From: Nemertoderma westbladi
Taxonomy: Eukaryota; Animalia; Xenacoelomorpha
Assembly: GCA_032718475.1 (NCBI GenBank)
Contig: JAUCBJ010000527.1
Span: forward strand, 21,831 to 85,830
DNA: 64,000 nucleotides
Direction of reading: 5' to 3'
Of the stretch, positions 1-12,563 are shown piece after piece (position 1 is the stretch's first letter; the number at the start of each line of letters is the position of its first letter). The notes below the pieces were generated by a model. That model was given only the letters and a program-made list of their open reading frames with translations. It made no database searches and was not told the DNA's origin. Made by a program: the position numbers and the translations under genes.

Positions 1-10
1 CACACTCTCT

Positions 11-196
11 GTGGGCCTTTATTAAATCTACCCGGGCGCGGGGTCACGCTCACTCGTAGTGGGCCTTTATTAAATCTACCCGGGCGCGGGGTCACGCTCA
101 CTCTTAGTGGGCCTTTATTAAATCTACCCGGGCGCGGGGTCACGCTCACTCTTAGTGGGCCTTTATTAAAACTACCCCGGGCGCGGGGTCACACTT
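11..196. repeat. 48-bp minisatellite, about 4 copies (may extend left of the window)
   Basis: Unit gtgggcctttattaaatctacccgggcgcggggtcacgctcactctta starts at 11, 59, 107 and 155. Confidence 0.9.
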
Positions 197-1050
197 CGAA
201 GCAGTCATCATCAACATCACTGACTAGTCAAATGTCTAGTAAGAAATTATCCCCCAGTAAACCCATAAAAATACGGTTTATAGTACTAAAAAATACCTAA
301 TATAAATAAAATTTATAAAACACAAATAAATAACAATATAAATTTATGTATAGATAATTAATTAATATATCAGATAATGTCAAAAATCGCAGTCGACCGC
401 ATTTGCTTTTCACTCATTCGGCACTTCTAACACTTCACAAAGAATATCCTATCCTATCCATACCCTATCCTACCTTACTCTATCCCCCTATCTACCCTAT
501 CCTATCTTAATCTATCCTACCCTATTATATCATGGCCTACTATATCCACCTAACCTACCCAGCCTATCCTAACCCTATCCTATATAACCCTATTATAATC
601 TAACTATATCCTTGTCCCATACCTTCCTCTGAAATATCCATCCACCCTCCCTGGTGGGCAGCCGTTCACTAGCAATGCTACTAGGTTGCCCTCCTTTACC
701 TATATATATATATTATATTTATATATATACTGATATATATTACAATAATTTATATTACAATAATTATGTGTGCCTTAATTATTATGTATATGTTTATATG
801 GGTAAAAATAAATAAATAAATCAATCATCATCATCAATAACTCTGGGGCGTTTAGGAGGTGGTATAATTCTCCTTCACTATCAGCATCATCTGAGGAAAA
901 ACAAAAATTCAAGTTCCTCCTACAACCTATATCCTTAGGACAGAGTCGCACCTTGCAAGGATGACTGAACAAGGGGTGGTAGGGGAAGGCAAGTTTATCA
1001 TTGAAGGTGATGCTGAAAGTGAAGGAAGATCTACAGAAATCTGCCCCTCA

Positions 1051-1707
1051 TTAAGGTCTGTCTCCGTTGCCAATACCAGTGGGACTGGTGGCAGTTGCAG
1101 TACTGGTAATAAGTTGACTAGGCCTAAAATTAGCAGCATAACTGCTATTAGTGGTACTAGTAGTGCCCATTCCCAAGCTAGTGGCACTATCAGTGGTACT
1201 GATTGGCACACTAGACGGAGCTCTAGAAGTACCACTAATATCAGCTTGTAAAACCCCAGCACAAGCAATGGAGCCTCTGATACCACTACCTGCCTGACTT
1301 CCTACGTTTCTATATTTTATAAAGTCATTGCCACTTAATGATATAACTTTGTTTAGGACACCCTTATCAACTTTTTTACCTAGCCGCGAAATAACCCAAT
1401 CAGACAATACTTCAGCCCCCTCCCCAACATTGTTTGCACCCATAATTTGCCTAACAACTGTATAAATAGAATCTTCTAGATTATTGATGACCTTTGTAGA
1501 TTTAGATTGGGACTGTGCTTCTTTAACTTCCTGCATTTGTAGTTTGGATTCTTCCTTACTTAAATTATGAAATTTCTGAAGATGTGTAGAGAGGTACTTC
1601 TGTGGCCTAGGGGTATCACAGTACATATAGCGAATTGGTTTCAAAGGAATAACTTTGGAGGGTCCAGTGCCAGTTGGGGTAGAATCATCGGAATCAGAAT
1701 AAGACAT
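1051..1707 (-). CDS. Hypothetical TE-associated ORF (218 aa) with a degenerate C2H2-like motif
   Basis: ATG-initiated ORF containing YMYCDTPRPQKYLSTHLQKFH and a Ser/Thr-rich tail; no family recognised. Confidence 0.3.
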   Translation of the reverse strand: MSYSDSDDSTPTGTGPSKVIPLKPIRYMYCDTPRPQKYLSTHLQKFHNLSKEESKLQMQEVKEAQSQSKSTKVINNLEDSIYTVVRQIMGANNVGEGAEVLSDWVISRLGKKVDKGVLNKVISLSGNDFIKYRNVGSQAGSGIRGSIACAGVLQADISGTSRAPSSVPISTTDSATSLGMGTTSTTNSSYAANFRPSQLITSTATATSPTGIGNGDRP

Positions 1708-2249
1708 ATTAGATAAGAAAGAGTGGAGAGTGAAAAAAGAAATATTAAATCAAATTGCAGTTGAGGTGATAACGTTAATAGAACAATTCGTAGATCAAAG
1801 ATAATACAGATTGATGTAGAAATTGAGTATATCGAAGAAATAATATTTATAGAAGAATGCAAATATTGCAGTTGAGTTGATAAAATTCGTAGAACAATTC
1901 ATAGATCGAAGTAAATAGAGATTGATATAGAAATTGAGTGAATGAAATTATTGCAGCTGAGTGGATAACATTCGTAGATCAAAGAAAATAGTCAGTTAAG
2001 GTTGTATTAAATAGATATTGACAATATTAAAGAAATTAATATTTATTGAAGATTTTATTGAAGATATATTTAATGAATATTAATATAATATGTCCAAAAT
2101 TGAAGGCAACAAGTGAAAATGTACCCTGGTTAAAACTTACCCAGCCAAAAATCTACCTCAATGTAAGGCAAAGGGTACATTTTGGTAGTAAAAATATACC
2201 TGCTCCTTTCCATCAATTGAAAGGGGTGATTGCTCAGGTTACAGGCGAT

Positions 2250-3461
2250 CTGGAATACCACGTTACGCGTCCTACATTTATTTTTTAGGCCGTTGTTGCA
2301 GGTGTAACAACCAACGTTCAGTAAGCTTAGTAAGGACGTTTGTACAGACGCGCAATAACACAACGAGCCGAGGTATTGTTGGGATGAAGAATTCGTTAGC
2401 CATAGCAGCGTACTAATACATCCCAGCAATACAGATTTTCCTTTGGAATGAATTTGGAAACCCCCGATTCCGGATATTTGGTATATCTGCAAATGGGTTT
2501 TCCAAATTTATCAGTACGTTTCATGTATCGCCCTCCCACACTGTTACAGCTGTGCGTTTGTAAAAATTGTAACTGATTTAGAAAATTGTTTTTGTCCCGC
2601 AAGTCTCGTACTAGTCCTTCCCCAATAAGATCATCTAAATCAGTTCCGAAACTCCCATGAAACTCCCATAAACTTTTAGATTGGCAGCAGATGCTAGATA
2701 GTGACACATCGACGTCCTCTGGAAATAATGTTATACCCATCCCATATGTACATGGGGTTTCTGGTCTTCTATGGCCTTCTGGTCTTGGAACTCGAACCTG
2801 GACCACAAGTTTTTAACATGTCCGCAGGTTGTTCTTTGCTGAACTGCAGCCAATGGAGTACGTAATGTACGGTGTGCACCCACACTCTGAGCAATACAAC
2901 ACCCCATGGAACAAGTTGAAACTTGTAGTCCTCTGTATGGCCGTATTTACATTTGATGGCGTTGGTAAAGGGCGCCATACCGGGTGTCTCACTGTCATTA
3001 CAAGTCAATGTAATAAAGTAGGTCCAGGGTCCATCCTTAATCAGAGTGGCCAGTTCGTTGACCTTTTTTCGAGAATTGATCTCGCTGAAGTTTAATTTAT
3101 TTTCCCTCATCCCAATACTTACTTTATTTAAGTTTAAAAATTCTAGACTGTGGTTTAGTACTAAGGATGCAGAGTTGTTATTGAGTTGCATGTTGAGTAA
3201 TATATCGAATGTAAAATCTAAATAAGCAAGTACTTTTGATGTTACACTCCCACCCCATAATCGTATCTCCAGGTGGTCAGAGAGAGAAGCGAGACCACGC
3301 TTGTTTTGATTTCTATTAGAATACAGAACCAAAAGGAGTGCACCTAATATAGAAATATCCTCCCTGGCAAAATAAAAAATAAGGGGAAATAAAAAGGCCT
3401 CGGTTGAAATTGGCCTGTTTGTGTGCGGCGTATTTACTACGTAAAACACCCAGATATTCAT
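2250..3461 (-). pseudogene. Helitron-like Rep (HUH endonuclease) relic, frameshifted
   Basis: Motif 1-like WTYFITLTCN in ORF 2769-3461. An alternative minus frame at ~2745-2810 reads LWSRFEFQDQKAIEDQKPHVH (HUH motif). QTHSC...CRYTKYP follows in ORF 2396-2806. Boundaries approximate. Confidence 0.7.
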
Positions 3462-4199
3462 TGAGTAGGATCCCCGAATTAATCCAGTGGGTCCACTACA
3501 ATTTCCTCGTCAACTTCCATTTCGGGATTCGAGTCGGGAGGGGAATATGTTGGACGATTTCCAACAAAGGTATCCGTTCTGTTATTTATGGTGGCAGATC
3601 CATGCTTGTAGCAGAGTCTGACATCACAATGTTCGTACGGTAGACCCCACAGACACCTCTATCTTGTGGTACGGGTGCAGTCTATTTTCCAGCACATTGA
3701 ACGATTCACTAAGTGCTGATGGATGAGGTGAAACTGAGGGTGGAAACAACATTTTATAATATTTTGACCAGCAAATTGTGACATTTGTTTATGCTTTGTT
3801 ATTAAGTTTTGATGTTGTGTTTTTTTTGATAAAATGAGAAATGAAAAGTGAGTAAAAATATTGGATCGCTGTATATTATTGTTTAAATATTTTTTTCCCA
3901 CTGTGTCCTGGAATGAAAATGTTTCGCCCCATTTAAATATGAGACCTTGCGAGTTACTGATACACTGAAGGTAATAAGTTTCATTTTTCATACATCAATG
4001 CTTCTAAATGCTCACTGATCACCTCACAATCATAAATATGCTTGTAAATGCTTTTGGATCATAAGGAACAAGGAGGGCAATCATATAAATAGTTTCAATA
4101 GATGATCAAGATTGGATTTATTTATTATTATTATTATTATATTTATTATTATTATTTATTTATTGCATAGTTATAATAAAACAATGTAACTGTACCTAA

Positions 4200-5480
4200 A
4201 TAGTGTATGATTTCATCACAAATTTCTGTATCTGTACACTGTAGGTACAGCCTATTGGCAACAAATGTATGGGGTGGGGTGTCTTCCTCATAAGAGTCTG
4301 GCGGCACGCAATCGCCACAGTAGCAGTAAGAGGTATAAGAGCCTCAGAAGGAAGGACCTTTCCCTTTGGTACCGCACTCTTATCAATTGGATATAATCCA
4401 GTTTTTCGGAATAATATTCTCAGGTTTTCCAATGAAGGCTTCTATGAAGAGGAGTTTCAAAAGCGTCGGAAATGTCGGCTTCTGGACCGTTTTTTTTTGC
4501 CGGGATTCATGGTAGAAGTCAATAAGTATCTTATACCAGGTTTTTTTTGGCAGGTCCGTAACATGCAACATCTAGAGGCTGCAAAGCGCTCGATGTGTGT
4601 GGAGACAGGCACACAGTGTGAACTCCTTCTTCCCTAGCCTTAGCTGTGGTTTGATAAGTGAGATGCAACCCATGGCCGTCAAAGAAGATAACAATTGCTT
4701 TGGTCTTCTTCTCATATTTCAGAAGTATATCTTCGAACCACATTTCAAAAATGAAGTCTCCCATCCAGCCAGTCCCACTCACGCTATAGCTTGTATTCTC
4801 TGGCCCCCCAATAACCCAAGAGTCCATAACTTGATTTCCCTTTCCTTTATACACCACATATGGTGGCATATACTCCCCAGATGCACTACCGCAGAAAAGA
4901 ACAGTATACATGGTCTTACTGTCTTACCCTCACTAGGAACCAAAAACTGTGCATCTTTGCTACCTCGGCGGTTGAAACACTTTCGAGCTTTCGGATCCAG
5001 GGCAAGACCAGATTTCGTCCAGATTGAAGAAACGCCCTGGTCTATCAGCTATATCAAGCTTAACTACAAAGATCATGTACCATGTGGAAGAAGCCATCGA
5101 TTAAGCCTTTTGCCCTGGCTACGGTAACATACTCAGGCTTTCTTTCACTAATTCATTGCTTCCATCTAGTTTTAAAGCTGATCAGCCAGTCGTATCCTGG
5201 AGTGATCTCAACAAAGCAAGTTGTTTCTACAGTTTGATCAAGATAAGACGTGACAAAAGTGGCTAGCACATTTGGTTCAAGTGGCCAGCCTAGATCTCCT
5301 AAGAATTCTAGTGCAGAAACTAAATATTCCTCAATCTCACGACTCAGTTCAGTTGGTCGACCTGCACCAAAATGATCAGTCCGACCCTTTATTGTAGGAC
5401 GTTTTTTAGTACCATCCCATTTATTTGAATTCCATTGACTTAGGGTGCTTTTAGGAATGAATACCCGTTTCTAGTTAAAG
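4200..5480 (-). pseudogene. pogo/Tigger-type (Tc1-mariner) DDE transposase relic with psq/CENP-B HTH N-terminus
   Basis: TVLFCGSASGEYMPPYVVYKG, GWM, FDGHGLH, PHTSSALQPLDV (DDE_1-type). The N-terminus at ~5470-5280 reads IPKSTL...GRPTELSREIEEYLV. Several frameshifts. Confidence 0.85.
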
Positions 5481-5859
5481 TTCTCTTAGACTCATTAGTT
5501 CGTCTTTAGATCTTTCGCATGTAATGTCGAGGCATTGCAGCATTGATCAGAATTTATACCAGAATCCTTAATCCTCTATGTGGTAGCAGCAATAGGTCGA
5601 CAGCAATAGGTCTATACTACTGCATGTATACACTACACAGGTTTGCATGTAGGCCTACCTGGTAAAAATATTGAAGGCTTGAAGACTAGGCCTACTGCAA
5701 TACAGAACTGCAGTGTATGTAATAAAATCATATCATAGGGTCTGTGGGTAGCCTATTAAATCTATCTTATTGCCTTGGTCATATATCCTACTGACACTGA
5801 CAATACTTACAGGTACCACTCAGGTAAATAATATAATCCATTGTTTAATCATTACTAAA

Positions 5860-6841
5860 GAAACTAACTGGCCATCTGTGGTACCTGAGGCAGGAAGTAG
5901 TACCTGTTAGTCTGGCAAATGATCGGGTCTCCAATGAACAAAAGGATAGGATTGCTATTGCGATGCTCGAAGCTAAACCAAATGATGATCGACGGAATCT
6001 TTCTGTGGGAGCAGTGGTCAAGAAAGGAACCAAGACTAGTCGTGAGGTTCCACCAAACAATGTAAACCTGAACAATGGCACAACTTTGGAGGATCTCATT
6101 GGCCCTGATTCATGGCTAATGCCCCAGTTGTTGGGGTTGTCATTTGATTGGTTACACCAAAAACCAGGAAGGATCTCGTGAATGACCTGTCAGAAAGACT
6201 TATCCGTACCCAGGCAATTTACAAAGGACTCCTTACTAAGGATGAGAAGGAACATCAAGCTGTACTACAAGTCGTTGAAGACAGTCGCAAGAAAGTTTCA
6301 GATTTTCAAAAGCGTACTCTCAAGGAAAGACTCTGATGGACCTAGTGTAGAAACATATACTGAAATTAATACAGTACTAACTTTGTTGAGTTGATTAGAT
6401 CATAGGTACTATTCTAATTGTTCTGTTATCTGTTGCATTGTATTTTCTATGTTTTATATACCAGTCCTGCCAAGAATCAAGTAGTGCTTTCAGAGTTATA
6501 TACTGGGCGATCGCGATATATGAAATTGCGTTATGATATATTAGTAATAGTTTAAAAAGTTACAAAAAGTATATATTCCAGCCATTCAAATGAAAGCTTA
6601 TGGCATTATGATCACATTAGTAACATCACATTTTTAAAAAAATGGAACCATAAAAAATTTATCGACTTCGCGATAAACTATACCGGCGTTTGATCCAGTA
6701 AACTTTATTAACCCCCAGTAGCCCACATGATAAAGTTATCACGAAACAGCTTATCATTTGGTGGTCAGTGACCAAATTGGAACAAATTCCATTAACAAGT
6801 CTTCATCATTTTGAAAAAAGTTAAAATTTCAGTGCAGTCTA
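5860..6841 (+). mobile_element. 3' part of a hAT-like (hATm-type) DNA transposon: C-terminal transposase relic and putative right end
   Basis: HLWYLRQEVVPVSL...LEDLIGPDSW...VNDLSER...LTKDEKEHQAVLQVVEDSRK. The candidate end ...cagtgcagtcta at ~6841 is tentative. Confidence 0.55.
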
Positions 6842-8169
6842 CTAGTCACTGATATTATTATAGATTGGTATGATTAGATAAGCCTACTGCTACAGTACTG
6901 GCCTACTACTGTCCGGAATTTTCCCAATGTCCGGAATAGACCCATATCCGAAATTACCCCATTATACCCTATAGGTTAGTAGGTCTAAAGTGATAAAAAA
7001 ACGCGAGCAAAGCGAGCGAAATTTTTTTATTTTAACAATGCAAAATGGATAAAAACGCTAGTGAAGCGAGTGAAATTTTTTATGGCTACCGTAATTACCG
7101 TATTTTTCTCATTAAATTGCAGTTTTGCACACACTTTATAACTTTTTTTTACACCTCATCCGCGCACTTTATGACTTGTAATATTCTGCACAGATTACCG
7201 TGCGCTTTTGGTGGTAGGCCTATTTTTCACACAATTCCGCTCACTTGTATTTCAATTCCGCACACTTTTACCGCGCACTATTTCAAAACTGCTCACTATT
7301 TCAAAACTGCGCACTATTTCAAAACCGCAAACAACACGTTGCGATTTTTGCACTCCATTTGCAGTCTGGGCAGGGCAGGCTGTATGCGGAGAAGGACTGG
7401 TGGACGAATTCTAAACTCCGACCAAGAAACTGCTGCCTGCATTACAATTATTTTGCGGTTGTGTTTGTGCCATTTTGTCATCCTAAACCAATATTGAACA
7501 GTTGAATGAGTATTAATAAGTTAAACCCACATTCACTGTGACCCTGTCCAATAGTGATAATTTGTAGCATTTTATTGCAATAAGTTATTTAAATACTTGT
7601 GTCATTAGGCCTACCAGTATTAAACCTTTGATATCTGAAGGATATCAGGGCATTGCATGTACTTACGCATGTTAATGCAATGTCTAGTGATGGTCCAGAT
7701 AATGTTCTTAAGAATTTGGTAAAAATAAAGGAAAGTCAATCCTGATTATAAAAAAGTGTAAGTCAATCAACAGCTTGGTTTAGTAAAAAGTTGGCAAGTT
7801 AATGCTGTAATGTTATATATATACCTAAAACTGTAAAAGAGATAAAACACTGATGTAAAATTGATAATATAAAAAGGAAAGAAAGTACATATATATACAT
7901 TATACAGTATATTTATATAAAATACTACTATAAAAAAAGGAAAGTAAATTAAACTGATCAAGTAAAAACTTGTCTAATGTGGATTCAGACTGTAGAGTGT
8001 CACTGTGTTACACAGTGTGTATAGCAGTACCGGGACAATTTTATAAGTCTGGAAGTTTGTTTAGTAACATTCCCCAATGTAACATACAAAGAAGATTAAT
8101 ATTTCAATCAGTCTCTATTAGTAGTCTATAGAGACATAATATTTATATTTATTTTTATTATATATTTTG

Positions 8170-8768
8170 TAGTAGGTAAGATCGGCATGCTGCATTGCAG
8201 CTGCATTTTTAAGAATGCTGTGCCGGCTTATCGACAAAATTGCACCGCCACAACTCCCTATCACCCATGACATTTGCTAGATCATCCGCATCTTCAAGGC
8301 CATTGTCCTTTAAGATGCGTCTCAAGAAAGTCATGGGCTGTCCACCATGCTTATTCACTCCATGAGGCTGCCAAATTACAAGATTATGCACTGGCTGGTC
8401 CTCACGGCGAAAGCAATGTCCTGCAAAGCGGAGGTGATTTTGTTCTAGTGTAAAGCTTGGGGGAACCAATGAGACACCTCCAATGTTATATAGTGTCTGG
8501 TTGGAAATGTGTGCATTGTACTTGACACAATGAACCCGGCGTAGCATTCTTGTGAATGTGCCATCCAGAGATTTGGTGTCCTCAGCAGTTAGAGCCCAGC
8601 ATGGACTCCCATAGATGAGTACTGGAACTACTGCAGCTTTAAATAATCGGACCCTTAAGTTTCCGATTAATTCTCGGTGACTTCCAAATCCTGGAAAGCC
8701 CATGCCTTTCCCTTACGTATTTAAAGGTCCTCACCTGACTTCCGGATCCATGATCCCAGGTAACAGAA
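8170..8768 (-). mobile_element. 5'-truncated RTE-clade LINE copy (same family as 45654-46682)
   Basis: Near-identical to the 46-kb copy (LFKAAVVPVLIYGSPCWALT...DKPAQHS) with the same 3' UTR aaatgcagctgcaatgcagcatgccgatc. Confidence 0.9.
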
Positions 8769-9305
8769 TATATACCTAGTGCAGTAGTGATAATGGATAA
8801 CATATTTTAAATATAAAGTTCATAGAAACGAAGTCTGGAAGTTGATTATGATGAATGACTGGAACGATTAAACCGCATCTACGGCAACCTCGCCAGCTCC
8901 AGCGGCTGGTGGTACACCGTCACCACCAACGTCGCCCTGTACCTGACCACCTCCAGCAGCTGGTGGTACGCAATCGCCCGCAACGTTACCAACGCCACCA
9001 TGGGCAGCTCCAGCGGCACCGAATCCCCTGACTCGCGGCACCCGTATCACCGGTGCAGTCACAGCCAACTGAATATGCCGCCGCTCGATTATGACATTGT
9101 TTTTCGCCATCGCCGAAGATATATCTGTATATGAATCACCGGCAGTGATGTGAGTTCACTGCCAGCGCTCTGCCGGGGATTCACCCAACCGACAACATAC
9201 CAGCCGCTGGCGTTGTTTACTCCCCCAATGGAATTCGAGACGAATTCGTCCAGTTGGTCGACGTCTGGTAACACTGTCAATGTGGTTGACAATTTCTCAT
9301 ATATT

Positions 9306-9656
9306 ACAACTACTAGGATTGGCATGCTGCATTGCAGCTGCATTTTTAAGAATGCTGTGCCGGCTTGTCAACAAAATTGCACCGCCACAACTCCCTATCA
9401 CCCAGACATTTGCTAGATCATCCGCATCTTTAAGGCCAGTGTCCTTTAAGATGCGTCTCAAGAAAGTCATGGGCTGTCCACCATGCTTATTCACTCCATG
9501 AGGCTGCCAAAGTACAAGATTATGCACTGGCTGTTCCTCACAGCAAAAGCAATGTCCTGCAAAGCGGAGGCGATTTTGTTCTACTGTCAAGCTTGGGGGA
9601 ACCAATGAGACACCTCCAATGTTATATAGTGTCTGGTTGGAGATGTGTGCATTGCA
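9306..9656 (-). mobile_element. Shorter 5'-truncated copy of the same RTE-clade LINE
   Basis: EQNRLRFAGHC...WQPHGVNKHGGQP, the same 3' UTR and a short agt tail. Confidence 0.9.
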
Positions 9657-10429
9657 TTTCTAAATTAATTTATATGAATTCCATCCAATTGCTAACACCA
9701 AAAAACTGGTGTAAATCAAAAATAGAGATGTTACAAATCATATTTAATGAAATGTAATTTTCAAAAAACGTCTCAAAAAATTGCCAAAAGTAGGGTTAAA
9801 AAATGGTGCTATAACTCGAAAACTACCCAATATTTTTGAAAACGGTTTTCACTTATAGACAATAGATTTTTAGGAAAAGTCATAAAATTTCAGATTCCCA
9901 ACTGCGTTTGTTTCAGAATTATAACAAAAAAACCACGGGGGGGGGGGGGGGATACTGAACAAATTGAGAAAGACGTAGAAAGTACTCATGAGCATGGTTA
10001 TCATAACACTGGTATTGACGAGTGGTATAGGTTGTGATGCTGACATGTACCCTTCAACGAGTGAGTCAGATTCCGAACCTAAATCTAGTAGTGAATCTGG
10101 TTCTGATGATGAATCAGGTTCTAGTATTGTTTCAGTTTCTAACAGTGATTCCGGGTCTAGTAATATATCAGGAAAAAAATAAGAAGCTAGATCTAATTCC
10201 ACCAACATTCTGTCCACCAGCGCAGATAACTACGAACTTATGAACATAATTAATATTGAGTAACGGTTTTATACACATTGATTAGAAAGCTTATTACACA
10301 TTTCTACCTACCTATTGACCTACCAATAGATGCGCGTTTAATGGTCATACAAACTACATACATACATACTACATAGAAACTCTAAGCCAGTTCCAACATC
10401 TAACTAACTATTACCATAGTTCTGCTGTC

Positions 10430-11060
10430 CCTAATCCATGCCCAACATTCTTGCGTGTCGGGGGCAATGACCTTTATAACAATGTGGAGATACATCTGAA
10501 ATTGCAGGCCGCCATCAGCATCACTGCATTCCACACTGTTACAGGATCAAGCATCTTTTGGCTGGAAGCTTTCAAGCACTCATGTAAGTGCCGGGGATTT
10601 TATTAAAAAATATAGTCTTTCAATATAATATATATATGGTCTAGATAGATCTATATTGTAATATAGACTTTCAATTATAATCTAATTAAATTCCAAAAGC
10701 AGGATGGATCCTAGGAAAGAGGTTTGTTTGATTGATTGACGGATTTTCTATGTCCCCTCTCCGAACCATCTCGTTATGAGTCTCGAGTGAGTACTCTCTA
10801 AACAAATAACAAGTAATAACACATATTGTTAAGTTAACATAGTGCTAAAGTTAGCATATGAAAAATGAGTCATGTGTGAATGCACAACTGAGTGTGTTTG
10901 AAAAGATATTGTGTAAACACTTTCAAATGGTTGAAATTGTAGGAATGCATGGAAGACCTGTCTGTACCCGTTGTATTATCTGATAAGATTATTATAGGGA
11001 AATAGCTCTTCTAGGCATCAACTGCACAACTGGCCAGCCTACAAGTATCACTTTGTTGCC
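10430..11060 (+). pseudogene. Degenerate tyrosine-recombinase-associated (Crypton-like) coding fragment
   Basis: ~10882-10965 reads AQLSVFEKILCKHFQMVEIVGMHGRPV, resembling the LSxxEKxLCxxFxRVEIxGKRGRxVP motif of animal YR elements. Many stops. Confidence 0.45.
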
Positions 11061-11199
11061 CACATGATATTGTTCCCCGAGAATGCTTCTGCCTCTTACC
11101 ACAAGCTGTCAATCAGGAATACCTCAAAGTTTATTTTCTCAAAGAATTCAAAGTGCCGCAAACTACCTCAAAGTGATTTTCTCAAAGAATTAAAAGTGT

Positions 11200-11830
11200 C
11201 GCAAAGTGCGAAAATTGTGTGAAGAGAGTCCACAATTGTCTCAAACGGAGACGTCAGATACCTTGGTGCCACATAGCTCGTGATTGCACCAAGGAGGGGT
11301 AGCAATAACATACCCAGGGGGGGGGGGGGCGGCCCGGAAAGCCAACCCCGAGAAAAGAACTCTACCCCACACCCGATAGTAGATTGAGTTCCAGCGGAAT
11401 TGAAGCGCACTTGAGTTTGATGCTATCTTCTCACCGGGAAGATAGCATGGGGGGAGTGTAAGCGGATTCAATTCCGCTTCATTACCCACCAGAAAATGGG
11501 ACCAGTGGCATTTAGCAATATGTTGGGGAGACGAGATTACCAATATTAATCTCGTCTCACAACCAACATGGGGGGGGGGGCTACACAAGCCACCAAGCCA
11601 CAGAGTGAATTTAGAGGTCAAGCCACCTCGGAGGGAATACAGCTAGTAGAGGCTAGCAACGGGGGGGGGGGGGGGGGGGGAAACACTCCCAAAGAGTGCC
11701 AAGGTGACAAGTAGTATATTAATTAGCCAATAGAGGGGAGGGAAGCAAGTGATAGGGAACAGGAAAGCATCCATTGGGTAGAAGGCCAAAGTAGAGTAAG
11801 AAAGTAGAGTAAGGGGTGAAAGCAATATTC
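11200..11830 (-). other. GC-rich, hairpin-dense non-coding segment (probably a retroelement UTR or terminal repeat; strand tentative)
   Basis: At least seven stems in 350 bp, e.g. atgctatcttc/gaagatagcat, gagacgagatta/taatctcgtctc, ccttggtgc/gcaccaagg, plus poly-G runs. Confidence 0.5.
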
Positions 11831-12229
11831 AATCTGTTAATCATATATTATCAGTCTATACCAGTTTACCAATCAGTTGTGCTATTCAATCTATTTAGGG
11901 CAGACCGGCAATAGTTTTAGACCGTCATCGGCACCACCATACCGGTAAATATTTTATCTGTATTTTCTGCATCTATTAATCTGTGCTATCATCGCGTACC
12001 TTAACTAATATCAAAGACAACAGCAACTCATACTGTTTTCCTAGTCGGCTTCGGCCAAAGCCAGTAGCACAATCCCTAGCAGAACGGTGATGCGTACTTC
12101 AACAACCCGGTCGGGATCTTTGATCCCGTCACAAATACATTAAAAACTATAATAAAAAAATCAACAAATATTATAGTAAATAAGTGCAAACAAATAACAA
12201 CAACAAATAAATAGACAAAAGAATACTGG

Positions 12230-12300
12230 TGGGTGCTACTCCTATCCCAAGTTTTGCTCCCAATAATTATACTGGTCCTCATTTTATCGACCCCAGAGGA
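12230..12300 (-). mobile_element. SINE fragment with Nin/Deu-like domain
   Basis: Reverse complement cctctggggtcgataaaatgaggaccag matches the recalled Nin-domain core. Confidence 0.55.
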
Positions 12301-12563
12301 AGAAAGTACAACACAAAGGAAATGTAGGTTTTCAAACGAATTGGAGACTGGCGATTAATACTGGTACATGTTAATATTATATGAATTATAGGGATTAGGA
12401 TTATATTATAGGATTTTTGCATTATATGAATGAAAATGCGATACTGTATTTAAGTTTGGTTGATTTTAATAACAGTATATTTGTATTAACTTTTCAGGTT
12501 CGTAACTGTAAGGAAAAAACTTAAAAAACATCAAAGGAAAGTCAATCGGTTGACATAGCTGCT

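Noticed and set aside
7045-7505. Overlapping ORFs with AHYFKT repeats
   Set aside because: Produced by a short 18-bp tandem repeat in a non-coding repeat element.
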